From assembly GCA_964016885.1 (NCBI GenBank), contig OZ024743.1:22754001-22818000 (forward strand): DNA of 64,000 nt, written 5' to 3'. This stretch comes from Eledone cirrhosa (Eukaryota). The notes beneath the pieces are model-generated. The model did not search any database and was not told where the DNA came from. It saw only the letters and a list, made by a program, of their open reading frames with translations. Made by a program: the position numbers and the translations under genes. Positions within the stretch are counted from its first letter, which is position 1; every line of letters starts with the position of its first letter. Below are positions 61,330 to 64,000 of this stretch, in pieces.

Positions 61330-61602
61330 TCGTCATGTTTGACATGAGAAATGCAGTCAACTGTCTGCGCCATAAGCACTTGCTCCGGGCTTGCCTCATC
61401 CGTGCCCTGTCCGCCTACCCACTGGCCTACAGGTCAGTGAGCATGCTTCTCACTTCGGACAAATTCATACCATCTTTAACCAGCGTCCAAAAGAACTATC
61501 CATTGGGCCCCTTATTCTTCTCTCTTGGTGCAGAGAACGTTGCTGGGAGCATCACCGTCCATCTCAAAGTCAGGTACCTGGACGATGCGACAATAGGCAG
61601 GC
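61330..61602 (+). pseudogene. CRE-clade non-LTR RT core fragment
   Basis: DMRNAVN (DFxNAFN), SVQKNYPLGPLFFSL (GVQQGDPLGPLLFSL), YLDDATIG. Confidence 0.7.
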
Positions 61603-62316
61603 CCCGATTAGATTTACTTCCACAAGCATAATTAGTAAGGAAATGAAAACATTTAACAGTAACCCTCGTACCCTCTCTCACTGGATACATAACATATTAT
61701 TCCCCCCTCCACCTCTCTCTCAATATTAGAAACATGAATAATCAGAATTAGAAATAACATTAATTAAAACATTACAAGTTGCTAATATATTCATTGGAAA
61801 ATGTACGTGAAATATTAATACAACTATTAATAGATTGGAATGGACATTTACATATATATAAACATACATAACCTCATAGCTGTTCATCCACGTATATATG
61901 ACTATGTATATTTGTCAGTTCAGTTTATAAATATTTATATAAAAATAAAAGGCACACTTCGGCTACGAATGACCATAATATTTTTCACCTAGAAAGTCCC
62001 CATCCGGGGCACAAATACAGGCAAGTATGTTTGTGTAAGACAGGTATTCACCCATGGACACCTGTCTCCCATTTCCACTCCACCGGTCCAAAGGAAAGAC
62101 AAAGATTGGCAGCAGTAACGTCACAACTCATTTCTACAGCAGAATGAACTGCAACAACGTGAAATCTGTCCAGGAATCAAACTCACAGCCTCACGATTGT
62201 AAGCTCGACGCTCTAACCACCTTTTATATAGAGGCATAATAATCTTTATGTCCAAATCGATATATGTTAAAAATGATACATATATACAGTAGTGTTCATA
62301 TTTGTATATGTATATA

Positions 62317-62386
<70 letters not shown>

Positions 62387-62425
62387 TATATATATAATAT
62401 ATATATATATATAATATATATATAT

Positions 62426-62461
<36 letters not shown>

Positions 62462-62480
62462 AAATATATATATATATAAA

Positions 62481-62511
<31 letters not shown>

Positions 62512-62530
62512 ATAAAATATATATATATAT

Positions 62531-62598
<68 letters not shown>

Positions 62599-62644
62599 AT
62601 ATTATATATATATATATTATATATATATATATATATTATATATA

Positions 62645-62689
<45 letters not shown>

Positions 62690-62712
62690 ATATTATATAT
62701 ATATATATATAT

Positions 62713-62745
<33 letters not shown>

Positions 62746-62752
62746 ATATATA

Positions 62753-62839
<87 letters not shown>

Positions 62840-62900
62840 ATATTATATATATATATATATTATATATATATTATATATATATATATATATTATATATATA

Positions 62901-62950
<50 letters not shown>

Positions 62951-63010
62951 GTAAATGAAAAGTATAGAAATTATTGTGAGCAAGAAGCCAACAGTATTTC
63001 ATAATATATA

Positions 63011-63196
63011 GGCGGTGGATTGGCAGTATCGGTAGAGGGTCGGACGCCATGGTTTGACGCATAGAGTTACGGTCCTTGCCATTCTGAGTTCAAATCCCGC
63101 CGAGGTTTACTTTGCCTTTCATCCTTACGGTCTCGATAAAATAAAGTACCAGTAATGCACTGGGTATTTGCTGGCCTTGTGCCAAAAGTAGAAACA
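63011..63196 (+). mobile_element. SINE family D with 18-bp TSD (3' fragment also at 63356-63455)
   Basis: TSD agtatttcataatatata. Confidence 0.9.
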
Positions 63197-63244
63197 AGTA
63201 TTTCATAATATATAAGTGACTATAGCGTCAAAATGGAAAAAAAA

Positions 63245-63335
<91 letters not shown>

Positions 63336-63774
63336 ACGGACATTATTATTATTATTCCGAGGTTTACTTTGCCTTTCATCCTTACGGGGTCGATAAAATA
63401 AAGTACCAGTAATGCACTGGGTAATTGCTGGCCTTGTGCCTAAAGTAGAAACAATTATTATTATTATTATTATTAATATTATTATTATTCTTCTCTACAT
63501 TCCTTACATCAAACTAAAATATGTTGACAATCTTTTAATAATGTCTTCCTTGTGAAATTTGTGGTCTTGTTTTGCTTAACTAATGAGTATTTCCAGCTCT
63601 GCGCACCTAACTTATGCATGAACCCAGCCACCTAGTTGCTTTCTATTCTACTGCATATTGCACATTGAGCACATGCATGCCCTTACGCTTTGGCTTCTAA
63701 CTAATTCACCAATCTCTCCTCTCATATCTCCTCTCCTATCTCCATCTCTCTTTTTAAGATTGGTTACTCTTGAA

Positions 63775-63826
<52 letters not shown>

Positions 63827-63937
63827 GTGCATTTGCATCAAGGCATGTTTTGCCTTTCAACTAATTGATTAGATGGCCGTTATGTAATTCTATACCATCA
63901 ACCTCGAAAAGGCACATATATTCTGCTGATTATCCCC

Positions 63938-63999
<62 letters not shown>

Positions 64000-64000
64000 A

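Noticed and set aside
63011-63105. tRNA genes
   Set aside because: A/B boxes belong to SINE heads; no cloverleaf, and the sequence continues into the SINE body

Overview
AT-rich, microsatellite-saturated eukaryotic DNA with no convincing host protein-coding gene. The repeat content is consistent with an intronic or intergenic region of a coleoid cephalopod such as Octopus (inference). Almost all ORFs in the track are read-throughs of (TA)n, (CA)n, (AAC)n or (GAA)n. Recognisable TE fossils: a Penelope-like element (PLE) with GIY-YIG endonuclease and RT-thumb, and R4/Dong-, RTE- and CRE-clade LINE fragments. There is also a Gypsy integrase fragment, a 1.2-kb Tc1/mariner, hAT/mariner/piggyBac-type MITEs, two tRNA-SINE families and RTE-derived non-autonomous elements. 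The most striking signal is a population of about 15 short non-coding elements from several sequence-unrelated families that sit in (TA)n tracts. Most carry a minimal type I hammerhead ribozyme (or its 3' half), often with a palindromic stem III, and are fold-back inverted repeats. Several share a covarying bulged 3' hairpin (RCTC-NNN-loop-NNN-TY-GAGY), and the inverted arm stops a few nt before it. All structures were read by eye; no folding or database searches were run.
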